From a virus (taxonomy: Duplodnaviria; Heunggongvirae; Uroviricota; Caudoviricetes): 7,006 nt of DNA. The notes beneath the pieces are model-generated. The model did no database searches, had not been told where the DNA came from, and saw only the letters and a list, made by a program, of their open reading frames with translations. A program made the position numbers and the translations under genes. The stretch is from the IMG/VR virus record IMGVR_UViG_3300029508_000035. One strand, given 5' to 3'. Positions 6,955 to 7,006 of this stretch are shown here, one piece after another (position 1 is the first letter of the stretch; every line of letters starts with the position of its first letter).

Positions 6955-7006
6955 AGTGTTTTATGTTCAGATAATGCCCGATGACTTTGTCATGCAGCTC
7001 CACCGA
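6947..7006 (-). CDS. insB: IS1 transposase InsB, C-terminal fragment (5' part outside the window)
   Basis: The minus-strand frame entering at 7006 translates to [19 protein letters not shown] with stop TAA (complement of 6947-6949), matching the InsB C-terminus as I recall it. Confidence 0.8.

Larger units (their letters stand above)
6932..7006 (-). mobile_element. IS1 insertion sequence, right end (continues beyond the window)
   Basis: 6932-7006 matches, as the reverse complement, my memory of the IS1 right terminus (...TCGGTGGAGCTGCATGACAAAGTCATCGGGCATTATCTGAACATAAAACACTATCAATAAGTTGGAGTCATTACC). The terminal inverted repeat GGTAATGACTCCAACTTATTGAT is at 6932-6954. The minus strand encodes the InsB C-terminus. 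Confidence 0.9.

Noticed and set aside
1-7006. Search for tRNA, CRISPR repeats, integrase/att sites or defence-system genes
   Set aside because: No cloverleaf-like segments, no regularly spaced direct repeats, and every sizeable ORF is accounted for by virion structural genes or IS1. Nothing in this window supports such calls.

Overview
This window is the late structural (head-to-tail morphogenesis) operon of a temperate siphovirus-type prophage in an enterobacterial host, with every gene on the + strand and tightly packed (TAATG and ATGA overlaps). In order: the 3' end of a putative scaffolding/head-morphogenesis gene; a major capsid protein I recognise from memory as P22 coat (gp5)-like; a strong intrinsic terminator; a 58-aa ORF missing from the supplied track; four small head-tail joining/neck genes; a major tail protein; a lambda G/GT-type tail assembly chaperone pair with an A_AAA_AAG -1 frameshift site; a second terminator-like hairpin; and a lambda gpH-like tape measure gene. 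The tape measure carries a three-fold internal repeat in its N-terminal part and is cut off at 6931/6932 by an IS1 element, whose right end fills 6932-7006 (the apparent C-terminus 'VMTPTY*' is IS1 sequence). I see no tRNA, rRNA, CRISPR array or recognisable defence/toxin cargo, and I do not think this window contains an undescribed system. The points worth a second look are the IS1-disrupted tape measure, the recoding site, the small ORF after the capsid gene and the unusual terminator-containing gap before the tape measure gene. All homology statements are from memory and by eye; no searches were run.
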